From Gemmatimonadales bacterium (GTDB lineage Bacteria; Gemmatimonadota; Gemmatimonadetes; Gemmatimonadales; GWC2-71-9), in the NCBI GenBank assembly GCA_013816685.1, contig JACDDX010000002.1, forward strand, positions 1 through 24,148: DNA of 24,148 nucleotides. Direction: 5' to 3'. The notes beneath the pieces were generated by a model that was not told the origin of the DNA, ran no database searches, and saw only the letters and a program-made list of their open reading frames with translations. The position numbers were made by a program, and so were the translations under genes. Positions within the stretch are counted from its first letter, which is position 1, and every line of letters starts with the position of its first letter. This document shows positions 1 through 8,521 of this stretch, piece by piece.

Positions 1-35
1 GGGCCGGGTGGCTTTCCGCGGGCTCCGCGCCTGGG

Positions 36-1754
36 TCACCGCCGCCGGCCGGCGAAGGTGAGAAACTCGTCGACCGAAAGGGCGTTGAGGACGTCGGCCG
101 GGCCCAGCCAGCCTTTCCGCGCGATGCCGATGCCGTATTCGACATTGCCGATACCGGCGACACTGTGGGCATCCGCGCCGATGGAGATGGCCGCGCCCCG
201 CGCGCGCGCGTCCGGGAGCACGCGCCAGTCGAGATCGAGGCGATGCGGATCGGCGTTGATCTCGAGCGCGACGCCGGTGGCGGCGGCGCGCTCGATGACC
301 GCCTCGAGGTCGATACCGTAGGGGTCGCGCGAGAGCAGCAGCCGGCCGGTGGGGTGGCCGATGATGGTGAGGAACGGATTGTCCATCGCGGCTAGCATGC
401 GGGCCGTCATCTCCCGCTCGGCCATGTTGAAGCGGCTGTGCACCGAACCGATCACGAAATCCAGCCGCTCGAGTACCTGGCTCCCGTAGTCGATCCGCCC
501 GTCCTGCAGAATGTCGGCCTCGACTCCCTTGAGCACCCGGATGCCCTCGAGCCGCTGATTCACGGCGTCGATCTCGTCCGCCTGACGGAGCAGGTCATCC
601 GGTTTGAGGCCGCCCGCGTACGCCGCGGCCTGACTGTGGTCGGTGATGCCGATGTACTCATAGCCGGCGTCGCGGGCGGCGAGGGCCAGCTGTTCCACCG
701 AATTGGAGCCGTCGGAGTAGTGAGTGTGGCAGTGAAGAAATCCCCGGAGGTCGCCCCGCTCGAGGAGGCGGGGAAGTCCGCCACCAGCGGCCGCTGCCAC
801 CTCGCCGCGCCCCTCACGCAGCTCGGGCGGGATCCACGCGAGTCCGAGCGCCTCGTACAGTCGCGGCTCGTCAGGGGTCGACACGAACTCGCTGCCGCGC
901 CAGAGCGCGGCGCCGGTGAGCGAGAACCCCCAGGCCGAGGCGTGCGCCGCGAGGTCCTGCAGATGAGCTTCGCTGCCGGTGGCCTGCACCAGCACCGCGC
1001 CCGCGTTCACCAGCGTACTCACCACGATCTGGGCGCTGGCTCCGCCGGCGAAGCGCAGCGTGAGCCGCCGTTCGTCCTGCCCCGCGAATTCGTGCACGCC
1101 GGGGAACTGACTCAGCCGCTTGAAGAGCTCCGAGGGCGGCGCGTCGGCGACGAGCACGATCACCAGCTCGCGCACTACCTCGGTGCGGCGCCGGACCTCG
1201 CCAGCGACCACCGCCTGCGTCACCCCCGGCAGCTGCGCCAAGGCCGCGCGGAGCCCCGCCGCCTCGTCCGCCGCGTGGTGCGAGAGCTTGAACGCGCTCG
1301 CCTGACGGAGGAAAGCGATGCCTTTGAGGATATTCTCCGACGTCTTCTGGCCGAAGCGCGGCAGCCGGGCGAGCCGCCCGTCCCGCGCGGCGGCCTCGAG
1401 GTCCGGAATCGAGTCGATGCCGAGCACGTCATGGATCTGCCGGATCTTGCCGACCCCGAGTCCCGAGATCGCCAGCATCTCCACCAGCCCTGGCGGGATC
1501 TGCTCGCGCAGCTCCTCCAGCATCGTCGCTCGACCGGTGTTCACCACCTCCTGCACGATCTGCAGGGTGGCCGGGCCGACGCCTTTGGCCGAGGCGAGCG
1601 AGCCGTCCTCCAGCGCCTGCGTGAGGTCGCCCGGATAGCTGCCGACCGCCTTGGCCGCGGTACGGAAGGCCCGGATGCGGAAGGGATTCTCGCCCTTGAG
1701 CTCGAGGAACGCGGCGATCTGATCCATAACCTGCGCGACGGCCTTCCGGTCCAT
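36..1754 (-). CDS. polX: PolX-family protein (HhH + degenerate polymerase X core + PHP domain); polymerase site appears inactivated
   Basis: N-terminal ELKGENPFRIRAF and HhH motifs (GVGP, GLGVGK). Intact PHP motifs HCHTHYSDG, ITDHS, GVEAD, GHPTGR, GADAH. Start taken at MDRKAV (ATG 1754); GTG starts at 1766 and 1775 are alternatives. Confidence 0.92.
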   Translation of the reverse strand: MDRKAVAQVMDQIAAFLELKGENPFRIRAFRTAAKAVGSYPGDLTQALEDGSLASAKGVGPATLQIVQEVVNTGRATMLEELREQIPPGLVEMLAISGLGVGKIRQIHDVLGIDSIPDLEAAARDGRLARLPRFGQKTSENILKGIAFLRQASAFKLSHHAADEAAGLRAALAQLPGVTQAVVAGEVRRRTEVVRELVIVLVADAPPSELFKRLSQFPGVHEFAGQDERRLTLRFAGGASAQIVVSTLVNAGAVLVQATGSEAHLQDLAAHASAWGFSLTGAALWRGSEFVSTPDEPRLYEALGLAWIPPELREGRGEVAAAAGGGLPRLLERGDLRGFLHCHTHYSDGSNSVEQLALAARDAGYEYIGITDHSQAAAYAGGLKPDDLLRQADEIDAVNQRLEGIRVLKGVEADILQDGRIDYGSQVLERLDFVIGSVHSRFNMAEREMTARMLAAMDNPFLTIIGHPTGRLLLSRDPYGIDLEAVIERAAATGVALEINADPHRLDLDWRVLPDARARGAAISIGADAHSVAGIGNVEYGIGIARKGWLGPADVLNALSVDEFLTFAGRRR

Positions 1755-1762
1755 GAACGCGC

Positions 1763-2455
1763 TCACGCTGTCCACTGTGCTGCCCCCGTCGCCGTCCCGG
1801 CGGTCAGCGGCCACACCCGCCAGGCGAGCTCCAGCAGTTCCTCGGCACCAGCCAGCGAGCGGAGCCCGGCCGCCTCGCCGCCCGGCAGGGTGGACGAGAA
1901 GAGCGGGGAGCCATCGGGCCGCTCCAGGCCAATCGCACGTGTGCCGATCGCTTCCACGACGCTGAACCCGTCCCGGTCGGGGCGGACGCCGAAGACGCCG
2001 AGCACTCGGAGCGCGCCGGGGGCAGGCGCCGCGTGCACGAAGCAGCCGTCCATCGGTTCCGCCGACTGCTGCGGCACCACCGCCGCCCAGACCCGGCCGG
2101 GCGCGAGCTGAGCATAGATCGCGGGGATCGGTTCGTTCATCGAAGCGGGACCGCTCGCGACATAGTCGGGCCGCAGCAGATCGTCGAGCATCTCCGCATC
2201 GACCGTCGTGACGACCGCACCCCCCACCCAGAAGAGGTAAGCGTGATGCAGCAGCGCCGCGAGCTGGTCGATGCCCTCCCCCAGGCCCTCGTCCGGCCGG
2301 AGCCCACGCAGTAGCGTGACGGTTTCACGGAGCAGAAGAAAGGCGTCCCGGTCCCGCGGGTCGTGATCGCCCGCGGCGAGCGCGGTCTGGATATCGGGAA
2401 ACCGGTCGCGGGCAAAATCGGCAAAGACGAGATCGAAGGGGGTGGGGCGGTCCAT
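1763..2455 (-). CDS. Hypothetical protein (230 aa), directly upstream of polX
   Basis: ORF from MDRPTPFDLVF. The longer ORF-track start at 2581 overlaps the hydrolase gene. No motif recognised. Confidence 0.75.
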   Translation of the reverse strand: MDRPTPFDLVFADFARDRFPDIQTALAAGDHDPRDRDAFLLLRETVTLLRGLRPDEGLGEGIDQLAALLHHAYLFWVGGAVVTTVDAEMLDDLLRPDYVASGPASMNEPIPAIYAQLAPGRVWAAVVPQQSAEPMDGCFVHAAPAPGALRVLGVFGVRPDRDGFSVVEAIGTRAIGLERPDGSPLFSSTLPGGEAAGLRSLAGAEELLELAWRVWPLTAGTATGAAQWTA

Positions 2456-2461
2456 CGCGGA

Positions 2462-2467
2462 AAGGTA
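2462..2467 (-). promoter_or_regulatory. Putative -10 element (TACCTT) of a leaderless transcript for hypothetical + polX
   Basis: Minus strand reads TACCTT-TCCGCG-ATG: a TANNNT hexamer 6 nt before the start codon, with no SD. No convincing -35. Confidence 0.4.
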
Positions 2468-2508
2468 ATCAGCCGCCGCCACCCGTCTCCGGAGCGTGAC
2501 TCGGCGGC

Positions 2509-3339
2509 TCAGCCTCCGAGGAACTCCCCGACGACGCGGCGGAAGGTCTCCGGGGCCTCGACGAACGGCACATGGCCGCACTCCGGGACCGGATGAAATG
2601 GAGCGCCGATCAACTCGGCCGTGGTTCGCGCGGCGCTGATCGGGATCGGATCCGCCTCCCCGTGCAGCACCAGGGACGCGATGCCGCGCAATGTCGGCAG
2701 GTGGAGGCGAAGATCGTACGGACCGAGACTAGCCCAGACCTCCTGCTGGGTCCGACCGGTCACGCGGAATGGCGTGAGCGCCCGCGCCTTTGCCGGGTCG
2801 GCGAAGTAGCCCGCGACCGAGAGCTCGAACAGCCGGCGCTGAAAGCGGTCGGGGTCACGCTCCCGGAGCCCGCTCTCCCGGAGCGCTCTCCGCTCCTCCT
2901 GAAGCAGGGGATCGAGAGTACGATGTCCGAAGCTGCGCTCGAACTCCTCCCGGGCAGCGCGCCACGCCGGGGCCGGCGAAACCAGCGCGAGCCGAGCGAC
3001 GCGATCGGAATGTTCCAGCGCGTACAGCAGCGCCAGCAGCCCGCCCCACGAGTAGCCGGCGATGGTGAGCCGTTCCAGGGCCCAGGTCTCACGCAGCGCC
3101 TCGAGGTCCGCCACCTGCTCGGTCCAGCCAACCGGCACCTCGCGCGGCACGGGCGACCGGCCGCCGCCCCGCTGATCGTAGAAGATGAGCGTGTGCCGGT
3201 CGGCGAGCGTGTCGAAGCCGGGCCGGAGGTAGTCGTGGCTCGCGCCGGGACCGCCGTGCAGCACCACGACGGGTGGTCCCGAACCCACCCGCTCCTCGTA
3301 AATCGTGATCCCGCGGACCTCCCGGTTCGTACCGGTCAC
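2509..3339 (-). CDS. Alpha/beta hydrolase, proline iminopeptidase-like
   Basis: HGGPG oxyanion motif, GYSWGG nucleophile elbow, HGEADP acid, CGH histidine. GTG start overlaps the upstream stop (GTGA). Confidence 0.88.
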   Translation of the reverse strand: MTGTNREVRGITIYEERVGSGPPVVVLHGGPGASHDYLRPGFDTLADRHTLIFYDQRGGGRSPVPREVPVGWTEQVADLEALRETWALERLTIAGYSWGGLLALLYALEHSDRVARLALVSPAPAWRAAREEFERSFGHRTLDPLLQEERRALRESGLRERDPDRFQRRLFELSVAGYFADPAKARALTPFRVTGRTQQEVWASLGPYDLRLHLPTLRGIASLVLHGEADPIPISAARTTAELIGAPFHPVPECGHVPFVEAPETFRRVVGEFLGG

Positions 3340-4244
3340 CCGTGCGAGGCCAGGAGAGCCGCCACGCTGTTGGTCTGGATCGTAACGATATCGTCGAGTG
3401 TGTGGGCGTAGCCGCCCGCCATGGTGAGCACCGCCGGCAGCCCCCGGCGGCGGCAGGCGTCGAACGCGATGGCGTCCCGGCGGCGAAGCCCCTCGATGCT
3501 CAGACCCAGTCGCCCGAATCGGTCGCCGGCGTACGGGTCGGCTCCCGCAAGATAAAACACCAGTTCGGGGCGGGCGAGATCCAGCGTCGGGCCCAGGTGC
3601 CGCTCGAGGAGCGCCAGGTAGGCTGCGTCTTCGCAGCCGTCCTCCAGCTCGAGGTCGAGATCGCTGGTTTCCTTGTGAAAGGGGTAGTTGCGGCCGCCGT
3701 GCATCGAGAAGGTGAAGACGTCGGGGTCATCGGCAAAGATCCGCGCAGTGCCGTTGCCCTGATGAACGTCGAGATCCACCACCGCGGCCCGGGTGAGCTG
3801 TCCGTCCCGCTGGAGCACCCGGATGGCGAGGGCCACGTCGTTGAACACGCAGAACCCCTCGCCCCGGTCGGCGAAGGCGTGGTGGGTGCCGCCCGCGAGA
3901 TTGATCCCCGCGCCGGACGTAAGCGCGTCTCGCGCGGCCTCGATCGTCCCCTGCGCAGTGCGGAGCGACCGCTCGCGGAGAGCCGGGCTCCAGGGAAATC
4001 CGAGCCCTCGCACGGCCATCGGCGCGAGCGTGCCCTCGGTGACCGCGTCGAGATATTCCTGCGTGTGCGCGAGGCGCAGGGCCGACAGGTCGGCGCGATC
4101 GGGCTCGTGAATGGCCGAGGCGGGGAGGAGGCCGCGCGATATTACCGCGTCACGGATGCGGGCGTACTTGGCGATGGGGAACCGGTGCCCGGCAGGAAGC
4201 GGCACCGTAAATCGGGCGGAGGTCCAGGCGCGGAGTGAGGGCAC
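3336..4244 (-). CDS. Histone deacetylase family Zn-dependent deacylase
   Basis: GGTHHA, GFCVFND, DLDVHQGNGT, GADP and GGY motifs all intact. Confidence 0.95.
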   Translation of the reverse strand: MPSLRAWTSARFTVPLPAGHRFPIAKYARIRDAVISRGLLPASAIHEPDRADLSALRLAHTQEYLDAVTEGTLAPMAVRGLGFPWSPALRERSLRTAQGTIEAARDALTSGAGINLAGGTHHAFADRGEGFCVFNDVALAIRVLQRDGQLTRAAVVDLDVHQGNGTARIFADDPDVFTFSMHGGRNYPFHKETSDLDLELEDGCEDAAYLALLERHLGPTLDLARPELVFYLAGADPYAGDRFGRLGLSIEGLRRRDAIAFDACRRRGLPAVLTMAGGYAHTLDDIVTIQTNSVAALLASHG

Positions 4245-4252
4245 GCCGCGCC

Positions 4253-4711
4253 CTAGAGCAGCACGCCGAGCGCGTCGGCCACCTGCCGCACCTCGGCTTC
4301 CTCCTGGGGCGTGAACGGGTCGGGCTCGTCGCTGTCGACGTCAATCTGGCCCAGCACCATCGTGCCCCGCCGGATGAGCACCACCAGCTCGGAGCGAGTC
4401 CACGCGTTGCAGGCGATGTAATTCTCGATGGTCCGCACGTCGGGTACGTTCTGGTCGCGACCGGTCGACACCGCCGTGCCGCAGACGCCCTGCCCGACGG
4501 CGATGCGGGTGTGCTCCGTCTCCCGGCCCGCGAAAGCCTCGAGCTCCAGCGCCTCGCCGCCGTGCAGCATGTAGAGATAGACCGACGTGTAGGGGACGCC
4601 GGCGGCTTGGATCCGCTCGGCCGCGAGCTGCAGCAACGCGTCCCGCCCGACCTCGCGCGCGAAGGCGCCGCGGAGCGCCGCGACGATGCGGCCGGAGTCG
4701 AGGACCGGCAT
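4253..4711 (-). CDS. msrC: GAF-domain protein, free methionine-(R)-sulfoxide reductase (fRMsr/MsrC)-like
   Basis: GxGVCGTA, VPDV...YIAC...RSELVV and GQIDVDS...F motifs match fRMsr. Only two Cys are present. Confidence 0.8.
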   Translation of the reverse strand: MPVLDSGRIVAALRGAFAREVGRDALLQLAAERIQAAGVPYTSVYLYMLHGGEALELEAFAGRETEHTRIAVGQGVCGTAVSTGRDQNVPDVRTIENYIACNAWTRSELVVLIRRGTMVLGQIDVDSDEPDPFTPQEEAEVRQVADALGVLL

Positions 4712-6076
4712 TCAGCCTCCCCGGGTTCCGAGCGTGGCCCGGACGGTGGTAGTTCCCGTGCCGCGCCGGATCATGATGTCCACCGTGTCGCCCGGACTGT
4801 GGTTGCGGAGGGCCTGAGTCATGGCCTCGAGATCCGGCACCTCCATGGCGCCGATGCGGGTGATGATGTCCTCCCCCCGGAGTCCGGCCCGGTCGGCGGG
4901 ACTGCCGGCGCGCACGCCGGACAGCCGCACGCCTCCAGGCGAGCTCGCCATGTCGGGCACCGTCCCCAGATAGGCGCGGTAGCCGGGCGTGACCGGTGCC
5001 TTCTCGTTTGCGTGCGGAGGGGCGCCGTGGGCTGACGCCACGGTCGCGGTGCGCTCCACGAAAGTGAGCGGTGCGGGACGGTTGGCGAGCGCGGTCACGA
5101 GTCCCACCGTGAAGTCGGTGACGCGCTTGAGCCCGTCGAGGTTGATTTTGTTCCAGTCGTCCGTGGTGCGGTGGTAGTCCTCGTGCAGATCGGTGAAGAG
5201 ATGCAGCACCGGCAAGTGAGCCGTGTAGAAGGAGCTCTGATCGCTGGGGCCGTAGCCGTCGCCCTGGGCTTTCAGGTCGAAGCCGGCATACCAGTTGAGG
5301 GAGTCGAGCAGGGCGGGGAACTCCCGCGCCGTCTGCACACCGTAGGCGATCAACCGCCCGTTCCGGAGCCGCCCGACCATGTCGAGGTTGATCATCGCGA
5401 TCGTCCGCGCGATCGGGTAGATCGGCTGCCGGACATAATAGGACGAACCCAGGAGCCCGAGCTCCTCGCCGCCGAAGGCGATGAACACGATGGTCCGGGC
5501 AGGCGGCGCACCCGCCAGCCGGGCCGCGATCTCGATCAACGCCGCCGCACCCGATGCATTGTCGTCGGCGCCGTTGTGCACCCGACCGGTGCTGTCCGGG
5601 TCGAGCGCCCCGAACCCGCCCATGCCCAGATGATCGTAGTGGGCACCCACGATGACGGTCTGGCTGCGCAGCTCCGGATCACGGCCGGGGAGAATGCCGA
5701 TGACGTTCTGCCCCGGCGCACCTCCGATCTGCGCGTGCTGCGCTACCGGTGCGTCGCGGCTGATAGTGAATGGCTGAAACCAGCCCCCGGCCGCGGGCTG
5801 GAGGCCCGCGTCCTCGAACCGGCGGGCCAGGTATGCTGCGGCGGTATCGGCCCCGGGGGAGCCGGTCATCCGACCCGCCAGCCGATCGGCGCTGAGGAAC
5901 TTGATGTCGTCCAGGAGCGGCGTGGGACGGGCGACGCTGCGGGGCGCCGGTCGCTGGCGCGGCATCTCGACGAGTTGCGCCTCGAGCCGTGCCGCCAGCA
6001 CAATACTGCCAACGAGCGCGGCGAGAATTGCCGCGGCGGGAATCGATCGGTGCATGGCGGGAATCGATCGGTGCAT
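4712..6076 (-). CDS. Exported M28-family metallopeptidase with C-terminal PDZ domain
   Basis: Signal-like N-terminus; GAHYDH, GADDNASG, GEELGLLGS, NLDMVG, HEDYH motifs; PDZ (YLGTVPD...GSPADRAGL). Start is 6076 or 6055 because of a 21-bp duplication. Confidence 0.9.
   Translation of the reverse strand: MHRSIPAMHRSIPAAAILAALVGSIVLAARLEAQLVEMPRQRPAPRSVARPTPLLDDIKFLSADRLAGRMTGSPGADTAAAYLARRFEDAGLQPAAGGWFQPFTISRDAPVAQHAQIGGAPGQNVIGILPGRDPELRSQTVIVGAHYDHLGMGGFGALDPDSTGRVHNGADDNASGAAALIEIAARLAGAPPARTIVFIAFGGEELGLLGSSYYVRQPIYPIARTIAMINLDMVGRLRNGRLIAYGVQTAREFPALLDSLNWYAGFDLKAQGDGYGPSDQSSFYTAHLPVLHLFTDLHEDYHRTTDDWNKINLDGLKRVTDFTVGLVTALANRPAPLTFVERTATVASAHGAPPHANEKAPVTPGYRAYLGTVPDMASSPGGVRLSGVRAGSPADRAGLRGEDIITRIGAMEVPDLEAMTQALRNHSPGDTVDIMIRRGTGTTTVRATLGTRGG
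6035..6076. repeat. Perfect 2 x 21-bp tandem repeat covering the M28 start codon
   Basis: GGCGGGAATCGATCGGTGCAT at 6035-6055 and 6056-6076; encodes MHRSIPA twice on the minus strand. Confidence 0.97.
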
Positions 6077-6095
6077 TCGCGAAATATCGCGCGGT

Positions 6096-7163
6096 TCAGC
6101 GGGGAATGAAACTCGTTTCCCCGTCGAGCCCCCGCGCGAACGCTGCCAGAAGCCGTGCGGTGCGATCGAGGTCCTCCAGCGCGACCATCTCGTTGGGACT
6201 GTGCATGTAGCGATTCGGAACGGACACCAATGCGGTGGCGATTCCGCGCCCGGCGTTGAAAATGCCTTCAGCGTCCGTCCGGGTGTCCCGCGAGGCCGCT
6301 TCGATGCTGTAGGGAATTGCCTCCGCCTCCGCGGCCGCAACCAGTCGCTCGAAGACGATCTCGCTCACCGCTGCGCCCCGAGAGAGCACCGGACCGCCGC
6401 CCAGCCGATAATCTCCGTGCTTTCGCTTATCGAGTCCGGGGTAGTCGGTCGCATGGGTCACGTCGACCACGATTGCGACGTCGGCCTCGAGGGCGGTGGC
6501 CGAGGAGCGGGCACCGCCTCCCACTGAGGAGATCTCCTCGCGAGTCGTGGCCACCGCTGTCACCTGGGCCAGCGGGCGGGCGCCGTCGGTCAGGTACCGC
6601 AGCGCTTCCAACACGACGAACGCCCCGATCCGGTTGTCGATGCAGCGGCTCACCAGTCGGCCGTTGGGGAAGTCGAGCGCCGAGGCGGCCAGCACGCCCG
6701 GATCGCCGATCCGGACCCGGTGCTCGGCTTCCCCCCGGTTGGCAGCGCCGATGTCGATCCAGAGCTCCTCGATCTTCGACACCCGCTCCCGATCGTCCTT
6801 CTCCATCAGGTGAATCGCCTTCTTCCCAACGACCCCCGTCACCTGGCCGCCGCGTCCCAGTAGAACGACGCGCTGCCCCACGAAGACCTGCGGATCCCAA
6901 CCGCCGATTCCGTCGAAGCTGAGATAGCCGTCGTCATCGATGTAGGTGACCATCACACCGATCTCGTCGATGTGTCCGGCGAACATGAGCCGGGGCCGCC
7001 CGTCGCCCAGCACCGCGAAGGAATTGCCGCTCACGTCCGCCCGGACGCTCTCGGCGAATCGCTCCGCCTCGGCGCGCCACACCCGGGCAGGCGCGGCCTC
7101 GAATGCGCTCGGTCCCGGCGTGTCCAGCAGGGTCTTGAGAAAGGTCAGGCTGTCTGGCTTCAC
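6096..7163 (-). CDS. M42-family metallo-aminopeptidase
   Basis: GHIDEIG, DNRIG, TREEI, VDVTHA and HSPNE motifs. GTG start (VKPDSL) overlaps the upstream stop. Confidence 0.92.
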   Translation of the reverse strand: MKPDSLTFLKTLLDTPGPSAFEAAPARVWRAEAERFAESVRADVSGNSFAVLGDGRPRLMFAGHIDEIGVMVTYIDDDGYLSFDGIGGWDPQVFVGQRVVLLGRGGQVTGVVGKKAIHLMEKDDRERVSKIEELWIDIGAANRGEAEHRVRIGDPGVLAASALDFPNGRLVSRCIDNRIGAFVVLEALRYLTDGARPLAQVTAVATTREEISSVGGGARSSATALEADVAIVVDVTHATDYPGLDKRKHGDYRLGGGPVLSRGAAVSEIVFERLVAAAEAEAIPYSIEAASRDTRTDAEGIFNAGRGIATALVSVPNRYMHSPNEMVALEDLDRTARLLAAFARGLDGETSFIPR

Positions 7164-8071
7164 GCGCTCCTCGCATGCTCTGGAATCCATCGCACCGGTC
7201 CGTGCGCATGGCCGGCACCTTCGATGGCCCTGCGAATCTGGCGGGCGCCCTCCACCACCCGCGGACCTGGCCGGGAGGTAAAGGCGTTGCCGTCCACGAC
7301 CCAGGTCGGAACCCGTTCCATCAGCGCGAGCGCCTCGGGATCGGCGAGCGCGGCCAGCTCGGTGAGTGCGCGCGGCACACCGAATCCGCAGAGCAGCACC
7401 ATGATGAGGTCGGGTTGCAGCGCGGCGACGCGACGCCATGAGTGCCGTGCGGAGCGCTGGCCGGGCCGGGCGCCCACATCCTCGCCGCCGGCCGCCGTGA
7501 CGAGCTCCGGCACCCAGTGCCCCGCCAGATACAGCGGGTCGAGCCACTCGATGCAGAGGACCCTGGGCCGGTCGATTCCTGGGTTCGGGCGCATCTCGCG
7601 GACAACGCTTGTCAGCTCACTACCGACCTCCGCCGCCCGGGCGTCGAGCCCGAGTGCCTTTCCGACGGTTCGCACATCGGCTGCGATACCCGCCACGTCG
7701 TGCGCATTCAGCGACAGGACGCGGGTACGCCCGAGGGCCGAGCGCAGCGTCGTGACTTCGCGGAGCACCTCTCCACTGTCGATCGCACACACGTCGCAGA
7801 GTCCCTGCGTAATCAGCAGATCGGGCTCGAGCAGGGCGAGCTGCGCCGCGTCCAGCCCGATGACCGGCTGTCCCGCGTCCAGCAGCCGCCGCAGCTCTGC
7901 ATCGATCACCGCGCCCGGGGCCGAAATGTTGATCGGAGTCGCGGTGACCCGCGGCAGCCGCTCCACCCCGGGCGGGTAGTCGCACTCGTGCGAGACTCCC
8001 ACCAGCCAGTCGGCTGCGCCCAGCGCGGCCACGATTTCAGTTGCCGCGGGCAGCAAAGTGACCACCCGCAC
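7160..8071 (-). CDS. BtuF-like (class III substrate-binding fold, cobalamin-binding annotation) protein without a signal peptide
   Basis: N-terminus RVVTLLPAATEIV..LG...LVGVSHECDYP, PDLLITQ, and C-terminal RPGPR. No hydrophobic leader or lipobox. Confidence 0.8.
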   Translation of the reverse strand: MRVVTLLPAATEIVAALGAADWLVGVSHECDYPPGVERLPRVTATPINISAPGAVIDAELRRLLDAGQPVIGLDAAQLALLEPDLLITQGLCDVCAIDSGEVLREVTTLRSALGRTRVLSLNAHDVAGIAADVRTVGKALGLDARAAEVGSELTSVVREMRPNPGIDRPRVLCIEWLDPLYLAGHWVPELVTAAGGEDVGARPGQRSARHSWRRVAALQPDLIMVLLCGFGVPRALTELAALADPEALALMERVPTWVVDGNAFTSRPGPRVVEGARQIRRAIEGAGHAHGPVRWIPEHARSA

Positions 8072-8521
8072 TCAACGCTCGATCAAAAAGCGGCTGGGTC
8101 GGTAATTCACGAACAGCAGGAGCCCGATGAACGGAGCCAGGAGCGAGCGGAAATCCTTCGTGAGCAGGTACGCGATCGTCCCGAGGATCGCAGGGGTTTC
8201 GACCAGCGTCCAGACGACCACCGCTCGCCCGAGATTGCGACGCCACCATTCGTCCGCCGTCAAGGCGAGGGGTCTGGTGGGCAGTCGTCCGGCGGTGAAG
8301 GCGGCGGCGCCGAAGAGGGTCGCGCTCACCAGAAAGAGCGAGATATACAGCACCTTGCGGTCGGGCAGTGCCGCGACCGGTATGGCTATCGTGTCTCCCG
8401 TGTACCACGCGATCCCCCAGAACAGCACGATCCCGAACAGCAGCGCCGCGTGAATCATGCGCGCGCTGGCGGAGGCGGACAGCGGGGACGGCGTCTGGTG
8501 GGATCGCTCCGGCAGTGTCAT
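8072..8521 (-). CDS. Hypothetical integral membrane protein (149 aa, about 4 hydrophobic segments)
   Basis: Hydrophobic stretches; ATGA overlap with the OPT stop; its stop abuts the next GTG. Confidence 0.75.
   Translation of the reverse strand: MTLPERSHQTPSPLSASASARMIHAALLFGIVLFWGIAWYTGDTIAIPVAALPDRKVLYISLFLVSATLFGAAAFTAGRLPTRPLALTADEWWRRNLGRAVVVWTLVETPAILGTIAYLLTKDFRSLLAPFIGLLLFVNYRPSRFLIER

Noticed and set aside
438-2111. 557-aa plus-strand ORF
   Set aside because: Antisense shadow of polX and its neighbour in GC-rich DNA; no motifs.
6077-6340. 88-aa N-terminal extension of the M28 peptidase in the ORF track
   Set aside because: Overlaps the M42 gene and would bury the signal peptide.
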